A stretch of 64,000 nt of DNA. It comes from Phoronis australis. Taxonomy: Eukaryota; Animalia; Phoronida. The stretch spans positions 841,200 to 905,199 of the forward strand of contig NMRA01000127.1 of the NCBI GenBank assembly GCA_002633005.1, in the 5' to 3' direction. Below are positions 25,001-37,592 of the stretch, one piece after another. The notes under the pieces were generated by a model. It was not told the origin of the DNA. It searched no databases and worked only from the letters and a program-made list of their open reading frames with translations. Within the stretch, counting starts at the first letter, position 1; every line of letters starts with the position of its first letter. Made by a program: the position numbers and the translations under genes.

Positions 25001-26214
25001 CACGCATACAAACTTCAAAACAAACGTCACGTGACGACAACATGTGTGTTCCTCCAGAGATTTATATTGTGTTGCGGGCTGCAATCTAGCGCAGATTTGG
25101 ACTCCAGACTCCACAAGAACTTAAAAATCTTAGAGATGCTATTTGGAAGACTTGAGGAGGATTTCAGGTAATTTGTTGAGTCGAAGCTGTATTCTTATTC
25201 AAGAATTCAAACCCTATCGAAGATTGCGAGACCGGCAGCTACACATTTGTTGGCAAGATTTCGCCCTGGGATTTCCAACACAATTTTATGAAAAATGATC
25301 GTAATTTAACAACGAATTTTGATAGCAGTGCACCACAATTTTGTAGAAAGTAAATAATAATATTCTGAACGCTTTATCCTAGCGCGTAATACATATAGTG
25401 AGCGTACGTTAAGTGTGTTGACCCAGAACAGGTGATTTTGCGGAGGCATTATCCTCAAAATTGCTCATGTTGGCTTGGTTCCGGTCAAGCGAAAACAAGT
25501 TTTTTTTCACTACCAACCGCCGTAGAGTATTTTGTTATTGTTTCTTTGAAGGGAGATATTGTTGGGCAGTTTCCAAGATACGTTTTCTTCAGTTGCCGCC
25601 CTCAAAATGAGCGCTGCATACTTTATGCTACCAAGTCGGAAAGAATTCACGAAGTCGGTCTTTGTTACCAGCTCTACTAATGTCTCTGACCCATGTTTAA
25701 CGCAGTTCTTGATCCTTGGGAAATAGGTAGTCACTAAATTTTTTATCTCGCTAACTGGTATTATAGCATGCCAGGCACACAACACGTAGGTCTATAACCT
25801 CCCTGTGGCCGGCCCCCACGCTTGCCGACGTACTTGTTTACCAGCTTAACCACAATGCAACATTCTGACCCATTTCCAATATGGCGGCGTTGCAACTCCG
25901 CTATTAGAAGGGTATAACCGGCTTAGCGGCCGAAAACGCATTTTGGAATGATGCAGCCTTTTCGAAGTTCTTAGTTTTGATGGGAACTATGAAAGATAAT
26001 TTATTTTGCGTTCTTGAAGTCGTCTCACAGCCATTCGCTGAAACCAATGTCGGTGACTTAACCTGTTAAATAGCTGCCATCTATCAAGTGGGGTTTATCT
26101 CTCTGCCAGCATAGTGTTGGGTTGTGGCCGCTGAGGTTGTGAGGAGTTGATCTCAGAAAAGTACCTTTCTCGCCTTTCTTGTCACTTTAATTCCCACACA
26201 ATCTTCTTTTGTAG

Positions 26215-27407
26215 TTTTTTCGTCACCCGCTTATGGAGCACCAGATGCAAGGTCATATGGGATGCTGCTCATTGTACTCTCAAGACTGCCGCGAGTTGCA
26301 TTAGCTACTACAACGGACAATATCGCTGCCGTTACTACACCCACGATGCTAAGTGCTTCAAAACAAACAACAACTTTGACAATTAACATTTCACGTGCAC
26401 CATCCAAAGTAACAAATGCAACAAACACAACACCTTTGACAGCTAACATTACATCTGCACCATCCAAAGTAACAAATGCAACAAACACAACACCTTTGAC
26501 AACTAACCTTACACCTGAACCATCCAAAGTAACAAATGCAACAAACACAACAACTTTGACAACTAACCTTACACCTGCACCATCCAAAGTAACAAATGCA
26601 ACAAACACAACAACTTTGACAACTAAAATTACACTTGTACCATCCACAGTGATATCTGAATCATCCAAAGTAACAAATGCAACAAACACAACAACTTTGA
26701 CAACTAACCTTACACCTGCACCATCCAAAGTAACAAATGCAACAAACACAACAACTTTGACAGCTAAAATTACACTTGCACCATCCACAGTGATATCTGG
26801 ACCATCCAAAGTAACAAATGCAACAAACACAACAACTTTGACAACTAACATTACACTAGCACCATCCAAAGTAACAAATGCAACAAACACAACAACTTTG
26901 ACAACTAAAATTACACTTGCACCATCCAAAGTAACAAATGCAACAAACACAACTTTAACAACTAACATTACATCTGCACCATCCAAATTAACAACTGTAT
27001 CAAATCCGACAACTTTGAAAACTAACATTACACTTGCCTCATCCACAGTGATATCTGAACAAAACTCAACAATCAGTGATGTCAATACATCTTCGACATC
27101 CAACGCGTCCTCGACAACAGGAAACCACACTATAACACAGAATCCAGTAAGTCTCTACAACACCACTCCACCAAACGAACCATCAGCAGGTCTGAGCGGC
27201 GGTGAGATAGCAGCCATCAGTGTATGCAGTGTGCTGGCGGGAATTGCGGTTGTCGCTGGTGCTATTATCCTTTTCGTCAAGAAGCCGTGTTGCAAGACTG
27301 GTGTATCTCCGGAAAAAGAAAATGAACAGGGAAATTCGTTTCGATTGCAAGACCATGAAAATAGTGAAAAGACAGATCATCTGGAAATAGACAAAGAAAA
27401 GGTGTAG
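26215..27407 (+). CDS. Mucin-like type I membrane protein, type A copy 2 (main exon) with 20-aa tandem repeats
   Basis: Open frame after a long pyrimidine tract and TAG acceptor (phase 1). An alternative single-exon start is ATG 26262 (MLLIVLSRLPRVALA). Thr-rich ectodomain; TM GLSGGEIAAISVCSVLAGIAVVAGAIILFV, then KKPCCK; tail ending EKV*. Confidence 0.88.
26385..27060 (+). repeat. Coding 60-bp VNTR (APSKVTNATNTTTLTTNIT), 9 good units plus a degenerate one, with 21-bp inserts
   Basis: SKVTNATNTT units start at about 26400, 26460, 26520, 26580, 26661, 26721, 26802, 26862 and 26922. Confidence 0.95.
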
Positions 27408-28304
27408 GTGTGTATAACTATTGAAATGAGTGGAATGCAGTTTGATGCTGTAACATTTGGACTACTGATTGGATGACAAAACTGTCATAGACCACCTTTC
27501 CTTTCTTTTTAGCAATTCAAAGGACACGAAACACTAATCGAAAGATATTGTCACCCTAGGAGGAAAACGACCTGTATGCCTAAGTATATGCTATTTGTTA
27601 TTGATTTGTTGTGTGCAAGCAGGGCTCGACTCGTGGTTGATTTATTTTGAACAATTTTTTAATTTTTTTATTTCTCACCTCGGGACGGCTGCACCTTCGT
27701 TGCTGGTTGTGAATTTGTGACTACTGTGATGACCTTAGTAAGCTTAAGTATATACGTTTTATTATCGGATTATTGCGTTCAAGCGGTGCAGGACTTATGT
27801 CGAATATAAATTTATTTCTCACCTCATTTGAGACTACTGTGGTGACCCTAGGAAGCCTGAAGTAAGATGTGGAATGCTTTTAAAAAGAAGATACGAAAAG
27901 ATATGATGGAACTTTTCAAAAATTTATCTCCTGCCGTGTGCCAACGATACGGTAACATTGTTGCTACAACAAGTTAGTTATCAACCTCTTGGCGTGATAA
28001 GAAACTGAGTGACTGATAAACATAATGCAGTATTAGTGGCTGTTTCAAAAGAGAAAACGACAACGACAAACTATTGCTTGTGAATTTGCTTGATGATTAT
28101 TTTTATAGAAATTTTAAACGCTATGTGTTGTATTAGCTTATACTTTATGAGTGTATATGAATATCAAAATACATGTATATATAAAGTAAAGAAAAAAAAA
28201 CTGTTGTTTTCTAAAACCTTAGCATTAAACTTAACATTAAACTGTAAAACAATAAAACATTTTAATCAGTTGTTTATAGCATCTTGTTAAAGCAGTGAAT
28301 TGTC

Positions 28305-29628
28305 ATGAAGTATATCTTAATTAACATACAAGTTCTCGCTGTGGGCTGCGTTGGACAGTTAGGACAGAATGGAGTCTGCGATCAATTGTATCCAGTCCTT
28401 TGTGTATCAGGAATTCTCTGTGCAATCGCAGGTAGGCAACTATATAAACGCAATTTGTTCACATTAACAATCGACCGCGAGTGAAAAAAGACGACAAAAT
28501 TGAGAACATCTCGAAAATAGCATCCTTTTGTCAGTTGTGTAAATTTGCCTGGTTTCTATACAAGCGCTTGTTGTGTGATAATGATGGAGATGATGTCCGG
28601 GAAGTGCTCTACTTCATTAGAAGTTCCACTCGAATAGTGACCAATCGTGTGTCAGGCTTGACTTGAACTCAGAATCTTTACCCAATATTACGGTCAGTGT
28701 TTGTGTAGAGACGGGTCGAGTGCCCGATAAAATTTGGTGGTAACGTTCGATGTGTGTGTGAAAGATAAAAGGGAATAAGAATGCATTCTATGAACATTGC
28801 TTCTGACAATTTCTCATACATTCCATTTTCCAACTTTAAGCAGAAGCAACTTCAGAACAACAGAATGAAACAACGGTGCAACACCCAACAACAACCCAAC
28901 TCGCACCAACACCTGTTGAACCGAGTAGCACCACAATGCTGGTGACTACAACACCTCCACCGTCACAACCAACAACCTCGACGATGCCAACACCAAAACA
29001 TCTCACATTATCCGTTTTACAAGAGATTGTGTCATTAACAAATGTCGAAACACCTTCAGAAACACTGACGTCAGCAGCTGCAGCAGATTCATTGACAAGC
29101 CAGAAGACCACATCACGAGGACCAGAGGCAACTGCACAAACCGCATGGACAAGAATGATTTCAAGCACAACATATCAAACATCAGCCCACGTGAGATCAA
29201 CAACAGCAACAGCAGCAACAGCCACAAGATCACCAACATTGGCGCCAACAGATTTATCAATTAGCACGACAACGACATCAAATGTAACATATCAAACATC
29301 GGCGCGCGTGACAACAACAACAGCAACGATAACAGCAAAACCAGCAACATCTACAACAGCCATCAGAACAACAACATTGGCACCAGCAGATTTATCAATA
29401 AGCGCAATGTCTACAGAAAGCGCGCGTACAACGACATCAAATAAAACAGGACAAAACGATGGGATTTCTAGCTCTGGTAATTTGGATGGTGGTGAACTAG
29501 CTGCAGTCATCACCGTAAGTTCAATTGTCTTCATCGCTCTGGCGTCTGGCTTAGTTCTGTTAGTGGTCAGAAAAACATGTCACCGCCGGCGACCAACAAT
29601 AACAGTGGCACATGTTGAAGAAGGATGA
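28305..29628 (+). CDS. Mucin-like type I membrane protein, type B copy 2 (leader frameshifted from the ancestral ATG; open from an upstream ATG)
   Basis: Exon 2 (28841-29628) is intact, with a phase-1 AAG/CAG acceptor, Thr/Ser-rich ectodomain and TM LDGGELAAVITVSSIVFIALASGLVLLVV-RKTC. The leader donor CAG|GTAGGC is at 28431. A 5-bp insertion puts ATG 28369 out of phase, but ATG 28305 is in frame (304 aa). Confidence 0.7.
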
Positions 29629-31649
29629 GAGTTGGTTTAAATAATTGACACCTGCTTAGATCCCATGCCTGAAAATAAAGCGAGATATCGGCAAACATAA
29701 ATTACTTTATTTCTGTTTCTGTTGACAAAGGAAGTTATTACATCCGAAAATTTCAAATTTCAGTTGATCCATTTTTGTTGATTTATTTACCAATTTATAT
29801 TCTACATTTCGTGAAACAATAGTATCCTTGGGAGGATCTGGATCGCCTTATTTAGTTCCAGATTTATTTTCTACGATATTTATATAAAATCACTCATTCC
29901 TTGACGTGATAGGAGTACACTTCTGTTGCCAACAAGTACATCTGCAGCTATTGAAGAAAACGATTCAGACTGGAGATGGCCTTGGCCACCACTTCTGAGT
30001 GACGGCCAACCTTAAAACCGTGCACTCAAAATGGCGCATGGTAACGGAATGGAATCCTATTACTGTAAAGAGTATTATGAAGCAGGCTGAATGACAGTGA
30101 AAGGCCTACTCCCACTTTAAGTTTAAGAAATCGAATCAGGACAAAATTGAGGTTTAATCAAAGGAGTGGTAACTGAAAAATTGGCGGAACCCTTACCACA
30201 GGAGCCAAACTATTGCTACGACTCTCAACAAAATACTATACACACAACGCCAAACTTAGCACGGACAGTTTTTAGTATAAATATCAGTGTTAGATGGTAA
30301 GTGTATAGTTTAACCTCCGCGTTAATGGTTCGTTGTGCGCGATAACACTTCTTGTGGTGCGTTGGTTTGGGGAGAGCTGTAAGAGTTCCGCTCCGTGGTA
30401 AGTGTACTGTTACTCGTGGTAAGGACCAGAATGCTTAGATCAGTAGGTTCAAAGCAAATAGTTGTAGCTTACAACTTTTGTGATTGATTAATACTCTACA
30501 AGAAAGAACACCTCGAACGGCCAGGTCGGACTCTTAAGATTGAGATAAATACATAATGTTCGAAAAATCATAAAGTTTCTTTTATTGGTGTATGTCGGAC
30601 CGTATTTTGAAAAACGGTTTTGTTGTGAGTGAGTTATAAACTACTACTAGGCGATGATTTGCTTTTCCTCCTGATTTCTAAGAAATTTAAATAATGGAAA
30701 TATTTTATACATATTTGAGTTCACTGGAAAATTTCTGGCCATTTTGGGCTTTATGTGCTACGGTGACAAACATGGTTTCAAGAAAAACTCTAGCCAGGAA
30801 ACGAAAGTCCGAAAATAGATGCTTTAAGTAGCGGCTCATAGTTACAGAAGTATTCTCCCACAAACGTATCCCATGTCACTATAAGAATGATTTCCAACAG
30901 TAAAGGTTTTATTGAAGAGTCACTTGACATGACGCCGTTGATTACAGGTTGAGAGATGGAAATCATTTGATGACGGTTGGGATAGGTTTCAAATTTTCAT
31001 CATTTTGTGCCTTAGTAACCAACTGTATTTGAGGGAAACTGGTTAGTATAAAGGGATGCACCTGAAAGAGGATAATCTTCAGTAGTTCATACTGGTACAA
31101 AAAATTCAGAGTATTTCTTAGTTAAGATCAACTAATGTTTATACCAGTGTGATCTGCTAAAAAACACAGTCCTCCTATCATTTCAAATTCAAATTATGTT
31201 TTAGAAACCAGGAACTCGGACTGAGAAATCCAGTAGTTTTCTGTTTGTCGTTTTCATGAAACCGTGTTTTCTCACCGAAGAAAAAAGTTCTAAAATATCT
31301 ATTAAAATGTCTTAATGAACACATTTCTCAGTTTCTCTGAAACCAGTAGTGAAAAACGAATGACACAGATACCGTCTCAATGCCTGGCAAAAGGTTGATA
31401 CCGGTAGATAATAAGTTCACCATGTGATTAACGATGGGATGAAACGATGGGGCATGACTTTAATAAATAGCTATTAACAAGATACCTGTGTAATTAGGAC
31501 GTATTTGACATGTGAAGATCTCGATAACAAGTTACTTATTTGTATAACAGAGTGGTTTCTTGCCGAAATGCTAGATAAAATGGTTGTTTACATGTATAGG
31601 CAGGTAAAGCCGATTCGATAATGTAACATTTTTGTTACAGGAGCGTATG

Positions 31650-32410
31650 TGTGTTCTGGCCCATTAGGTTTATTTTGACTCACTAAGTTCCATTTGGAAC
31701 ATTATGTCATTTTCTAACCATTATGTCGTTTTTTGACCATTTTGCTTATTTGATCTATTTTTACCCTTTTAATGAAATTTCTCCCATAAAGTTGGTTTTG
31801 ATGTATTGTTTTATTGTTAAATATATTTTTTACATCTCCAACGGCCATTCATTACGTTTGGAATGATTGCATTGAAAAGGATCGTGGGTGTGGGGGTCTT
31901 GACACATCATGTTTTCTTGACACATTTATGTCCACTGAAGTAATTTTTGCCTTTAAATGATTTTCATTGATTAAGTTTGTTTTGGTCCTTAATCTTACTG
32001 TTGAAAATAATTACTATTTCACTATTATGGATTACCTTGGCGGTTAACTCCGTTTTAATCAATTATGCAGAAATGGACGTAGTGGTTCAAAACGCACACA
32101 ATGGATAAAGCGGACATAATGGGTCAAAACCCTCCCGATCATTGTGTCCATTGCATTATAAATGGATTGAAGAACGTTTCAATGAACGTTGATGAAATAT
32201 TGATTACCTTCATCACTACGCAAATGGATCAAATCCGATTAAAGGATTGGAAATTGATTTAAGGGATTAAAATGGATCTATGGAGCGAAAGAGGACATGA
32301 AGAGTCAAAATGGACATCACGGTATAAAATGGACGTAATAGGTGAAATTGACATAATTGATCAAAGTGAAACGGATGGGTTAAAATGGTCATAATGGTTG
32401 CAATTGTCAT
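31650..32410. mobile_element. Degenerate foldback-like element made of ~20-bp subrepeats (CCATTATGTCCATTT / AATGGACATAATGGGTCA); paralog at ~40445-41320
   Basis: The left arm carries CCATTATGTC-type units and the right arm their reverse complements. The same structure occurs in the duplicated unit. Confidence 0.45.
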
Positions 32411-33362
32411 AACGAGCAACGCGGAGCGTTGAAATGCGCCCACGAATGCATCGCAATTGGTGTGTTTTTAGGGTTATTTACTGAATCATAAAAATGCCAC
32501 TAGATGGCGCAAACACGTACAATCCATCCAAAAACGGGAACATCCCATATTTCATAAAAATCTGTCAAGGTACTTCAGAGAAACAAAGGAAAACAGAACA
32601 AAATGAAATTGCCACATGTGGGAACAGCGTTCGTTTCGTCCGCCTACAAGACGTCTGTTATCTTCATATAAATTTCCCTACTAAATTTAATAAAGATCCT
32701 GCAGTGGGTTTTAGAGATAAAGCTATGGGCACAAAACAAACCAAACTACCACTAGGAGGCACCACAGAGTCAGGCGCCATAATGAAACGTCCTCTTCACA
32801 CTGAAAACATATACGCCAATTTTCAAAACCATCCATAGAATGATTTGGTTGATCGAGGGGTGGACGGCAAAAACAAGATTTGAAAGCAGCAAAAATGGCC
32901 ACCAGGTAACGCAAAATACCTCGATGCCATCCAAAAACAGGATGATAGCGTCATCTCACCAATAGATTTCTATATTCAAAATCTGATGCGGACCTATGAA
33001 GATACAGACTGGCAAACATAAAAAACTAAAAATTGCCACTAGGGGGCACACCAGTAGTCAGATCCGTCCGAAAGTCGTCGTCGTCCATTGTCAACATCCT
33101 ATAAATACACTTGCTAAATTAAGTAAAGATCCTGCAAACGGTTTAATAGTTACAGCCATGAGCACAAAAAACAAAACTGCCACTAGGAAGCGCCACAGTA
33201 GTCGAACTCGTCGGAAAATCATCGTCAGCCGTCCACTTTATAGTAAAGACATACATGCCAATTTTCACAATTATCCTGAAAGCGGTTTGGTTGATAGATG
33301 AGTGGACGCCTAAAAACAGTCTCGAAAACTGTAAAAATGGCTACTAGGTGGCGCAAACTAGG
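32411..33362 (-). mobile_element. Helentron-associated non-autonomous element (HINE/DINE-1-like), 5'-truncated
   Basis: Reverse complement of the 3' end of the 45.4 kb and 49.1 kb copies: hairpin CAACGCGGAGCGTTG, subTIR ATGCGCCCAC and GCCACTAG core repeats. Confidence 0.8.
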
Positions 33363-34301
33363 TCGAGATTTTCCTGATTAAAATTAGGACACTTAAAAAT
33401 ACACTACAAATCGGTAACTACAGGTATCGGGGCTTAACTCTTTTAGTGAAGAGACAACCAACAAAGACAACTGGAATCATATAATGCAGGCAATGAGCCT
33501 TTAATTCCATAGTTCCCTCACCGATTAACGATGGGTACCGCAGACTGCTCTCTAATGCCGTTCATCTGGCAGACATGCGAGTCGGAGAGGTATGGTAATA
33601 AAACAATAATTTAATGAGGTTGGTTAGCCATGCAGTGTTGAAAGCACACTTTGGAACGAAGCTGAGTTCTTATAATTTTTATATAAAGAGCGTGTTCGTC
33701 AAACCAAAACATAGAAAATGGATGAACATGTGGTTGTTGTGACTGCCGAATTATCCAAGAGCAGGTATTCTAATATTTACTTTCATGACCCTCTGGACGT
33801 GTTGTCACTTATGTTGTTTTGATTTGATGCGACGTTACCTTGGGCATGCGCATTAGAGCGCAATCTGCAGTACCCATCGTTAATCCGTGAGTGAGCTGTT
33901 TAATTTTAGGTATATTGCCTACATCAGTAGCTTCCACTTGTCGTTAATGGTTATGCCTTCACGAAACAAACATTAGGTTAAGCATCAGAACCCGCAATTG
34001 CCGATTTCAAGTGTATATTTAACGGCCATATTGCATCACTCAAGTCCTGATGACTGCATCCTCGCGATTGCAAACGCCCCACCTATCACCTATGGCGGAC
34101 GTGGTGGGATCACTACAAATATGGCGCCGGAATCTGGAGGACGGAGGTGGGGGATGGCAGGTGGTTGCGATAGGCAGGGGGAAGTTTGGCAAAGTCGAAT
34201 TGGTTTGCACCCCTAATAGTTTCTGCCTTCCTACGGGCCTGAAATAAGGACCGGTCCTATGAATGCGTGACACAATTTCACGCATCAATTACGTATCCAA
34301 A

Positions 34302-35526
34302 ATGACAATCACAAGAGCGTCACAGCTGATGACGTCACCTGTAGACAAGTACACAGTTGAAACTTTTCCCGGTTACAAAGTGGTACATTTAAACGCAATG
34401 GAGAGAGAAAGTGCTTTATATTTTGTCAAACAACTGAAAATTCGTAAACAGTAAGTAGTATTCCAAAGGCCAATCTGGCATAAACTTTCTTACTTATCAT
34501 AAAAACTAGTATAGGAAGAGCGTTGGCATATCTAATCTGTTACTCCTTTCCTCGTTCTTGCAAACTTGGTAAAGTATGATTCTTTGTATCACTTTAGGGT
34601 TAATAGACAGGCTGCAAATTGTCTGAAAAAGATGACTAAGCACTGCACCAAAGACGCTGAAAATGTGGAAAATGCCGAAAAACGTGAGTATCTTTGCTGA
34701 GGAAAACGAATTCATCTTCTTGATTCAGTCCGCCACAAATCATACGGTAAATCAATTTTTACCGTAAAACGTTCAAATTATAATGAAGTGATAGATTGCT
34801 AGGGTCTGCCGTGGTGATTTCACGTCTTTAACCAAAATATTACGGTGTATATCAATTAAACACCGTTAGGACTCCTTTTTGAACACTCGTTTAAGATCCA
34901 GCTTTCTAGTGATCAATGGCCGCTTGCATGAAACAGTCCCTTTTGGGGACTCGCCTAAGTTCCCTGAATGTTTTGCATAATTGTTTCGTTCATAGCTCGT
35001 ATATGTACTGTTTTCTATCATTTTATATTTGTTACGAGCTCCTCTTTGACTGAAAACTGAGGCCTTAATTCAATCAAAACAATTAGGGACTTAGTCCTGA
35101 AATTAGGGGCGTTGCATGAAAAAATCCTTACTTACTTACTTTCAATAACAGGGAGAATTCGACGTAGAGTTCACTCTCGATTTGGCCTAGTAATGATACC
35201 CAAACAGCTTAAGAAAGGAAAATCAGAGTATTCATAAGCCCACAAGTATACAGTAGATTTAGGGAACTTGGTTGAGTCCCTATTTGGGACTGTTTCATGC
35301 AACCGGGCACAAGTCTCCTATGTTCCTCCTCAAATAGCCTCATCCACCGCATACGTCTTAGCTCATGATTTGTTTGAAGCTTTTCATCGAACTTGTACAA
35401 AGGAAATTTATAGTAGCGTCGTGAAAAAAATCACTATGTAAGAATGGCGTGGCGCAAGAAATCCATTCTTGCCGTTTTGTTTTGATCATTGCAGGTTTTC
35501 CTACAGACTCTGAGCTGTTTATATGA
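34302..35526 (+). pseudogene. Truncated copy of the coiled-coil gene (exons 1 and 2 and the first ~18 nt of exon 3)
   Basis: Exon 1 to 34450 (MTSPVDK...MERESALYFVKQLKIRKQ) and exon 2 34598-34683 are open. Exon 3 starts at 35495 (RFPTDS); homology then stops and TGA follows at 35524-26. Confidence 0.85.
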
Positions 35527-35689
35527 CACAGTGACACACACTGTTACTGTACAAACTTTCACTACTTCTTTGTTGTTCACGTTGTTACCAAGTAGGTGCT
35601 TATGCAAGTGGCACACAGGATTTAGTTTTAGCAGACTAGACCGTTTTACCCTAACCGCGCTTCTTGCCACAGCCTACCGGTCCTTGCTC

Positions 35690-36025
35690 CATGTATGTAT
35701 GTATGTATGCATTGATGAATGTAAGTATATACCGGGGTATGCATGTATGCATAGATGTATGCATTGATGTATAAGCGTATGCATGTGCATGAATTGATGT
35801 ATGGATGAATGCAAGGATGTATGTGTGTATGCATTGATGTATTCACGTGCATACGTTGCTGTAAGCACATAATGCACTGACAGATGCATACACGTGCATA
35901 CATTGACAGATGCATGCATTGATGTAAGCACTTGCATGCATTGCTGTAAGTGCTTGCATGCATTGCTGTGTATATGCGTTGACATACGTATGCATTATAT
36001 GTATGCATGCATTGGTGTATGTAAT
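35690..36025. repeat. Degenerate (ATGT/ATGC)n microsatellite
   Basis: Visible directly; lies at the junction between the truncated coiled-coil copy and mucin A3. Confidence 0.9.
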
Positions 36026-36091
36026 GATTGGCTAATGCATTCTTGAAATTGTCTGATTTAAATAGCGAACGAGGTTTATCTCAAGTAGCTG

Positions 36092-36760
36092 ATGATAATT
36101 CTTGAATTTCCATACATTATTACCTTCTTATTTGCTCATAGAGTAGCAGTTGCAAGGCCATTGGGGTTGCTGTTGATTGTACTATCAAGCGTGCCAACCG
36201 AACCACTGTCAATAACCACCGTGGACAGTGGCGTTCTCAATTCTACAGCCACAGTAACAACTGAACAGCTGTCAACAACCAGTGTGAACAGTGCCGTTGA
36301 TCTTCCTACATCCACAATGATGAGTGAACTAAATTTAACAACCAGTGCTGTCAATACAACTACTAGTGTTATTCCTACGGAATCAACTGTTGCAGTCTCA
36401 ACAACCAATGATGCCAGAACAACTGCGACATCAGGCGGGTCCTTTACAACAAGAAGCCACTCTGTAATACAAACTTCAACAAACCTTCCCAAAACAACAA
36501 CAACACATGCAACACTCGCCACCATTCCACCACCGGATCCCCCAGCAGGTCTGAGCGGAGGTGAGATAGCAGCCATCAGTGTTTGCAGTGCGCTGGCGGG
36601 AATTGCGCTTGTAGCCTGTGTAATCGTCATTTTTGTCAAAAAGCCGTGTTGCAAGACCGGCGTGTCTCCGGAACCTGGAAATAAACAGGAAAACTTGTTT
36701 CGATTGCGAGATCATGAAAAAAATAAAAAGACAAGTCATCCGGAAGCAGAAAAGGTGTAG
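36092..36760 (+). CDS. Mucin-like type I membrane protein, type A copy 3 (no VNTR)
   Basis: 222-aa ORF with the same TM and tail as A2 (GLSGGEIAAISVCSALAGIALVACVIVIFVKKPCCKTGVSPE...EKV*). The 5' end is ambiguous: ATG 36092, or phase-1 tandem acceptors TAG/CAG at 36146/36149. Confidence 0.85.
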   Translation: MIILEFPYIITFLFAHRVAVARPLGLLLIVLSSVPTEPLSITTVDSGVLNSTATVTTEQLSTTSVNSAVDLPTSTMMSELNLTTSAVNTTTSVIPTESTVAVSTTNDARTTATSGGSFTTRSHSVIQTSTNLPKTTTTHATLATIPPPDPPAGLSGGEIAAISVCSALAGIALVACVIVIFVKKPCCKTGVSPEPGNKQENLFRLRDHEKNKKTSHPEAEKV

Positions 36761-37592
36761 TTGTGTCTACTACTGAAATGAGTTGAATGCAGTTTGATGT
36801 TGTAACATTTGGACTCCGGATTGGATGACAAAATTTGCATAGACAACCTTTCCTTTCTTTTTTATCAGTTTAAAGGACACGAGTCTCGCCAATCAAAAGA
36901 TGTTGTCTTCATAGGAGCAAACCAGCCTGTAGGCCTATGTATGTAACTGTATTACTGAAATGTTGTATTCGAGCGGTGCTTGACTCATGGAGGACTTAAG
37001 TCGAACATGAATTTATTTCTCACCTCGGGCTCGGGTTGGCCGTTGCTGGTTGTGAATTTGTGACTACTGTTGTGACCTTAGGAAATTTGGAGTAAGATGT
37101 TGAACGATTTCGAAAAGAAGATACAAACAGATATGATGGAGCCCTTTAAAAAATTATCTCCTGCTGTATGCCAACTTTATGGTAACACGGTTGCTACAAC
37201 AACTGACTTATCAACCTCTTAGACCGTGATAAGTAATTGAGTGACTGATAAACGTAGACAGTATATTAACGGGTGTTTCAAAAGAGAAAATGACAACGAC
37301 AAAATATTGCTTGTGAGTTTGGTGCATGATCTTTTTTATAGAAATTTTAAGAGCTATGTGTTGCATCAGGTTATACTTTATAAGTGTACATATCAAAATA
37401 CATGTAGATGTAACATAAAGAAACAAAACAAATTGTTGATCTCTAAAACATTAGTAAACATTGGACTGTAAAACAATAAAACATTTTAAACAGTTGTTTA
37501 TAACATCTTATTAAGGTCGTGAATTGTCATAAAGTATATCTTAATTATCATAAAAGTTCTCGTTGAACGCTGCGTTAGACAGATAGGACAGA

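Noticed and set aside
24959-25171. Possible internal exon 25058-25167 (CCAG acceptor, CAG|GTAATT donor)
   Set aside because: Its 110-nt length would shift the frame between the phase-1 leader and A2; no homology support.
26231-27130. 299-aa Val-rich minus-strand ORF (likewise 28836-29534, 36136-36654, 38078-38803)
   Set aside because: Antisense shadows of ACA-rich Thr codons in the mucin exons.
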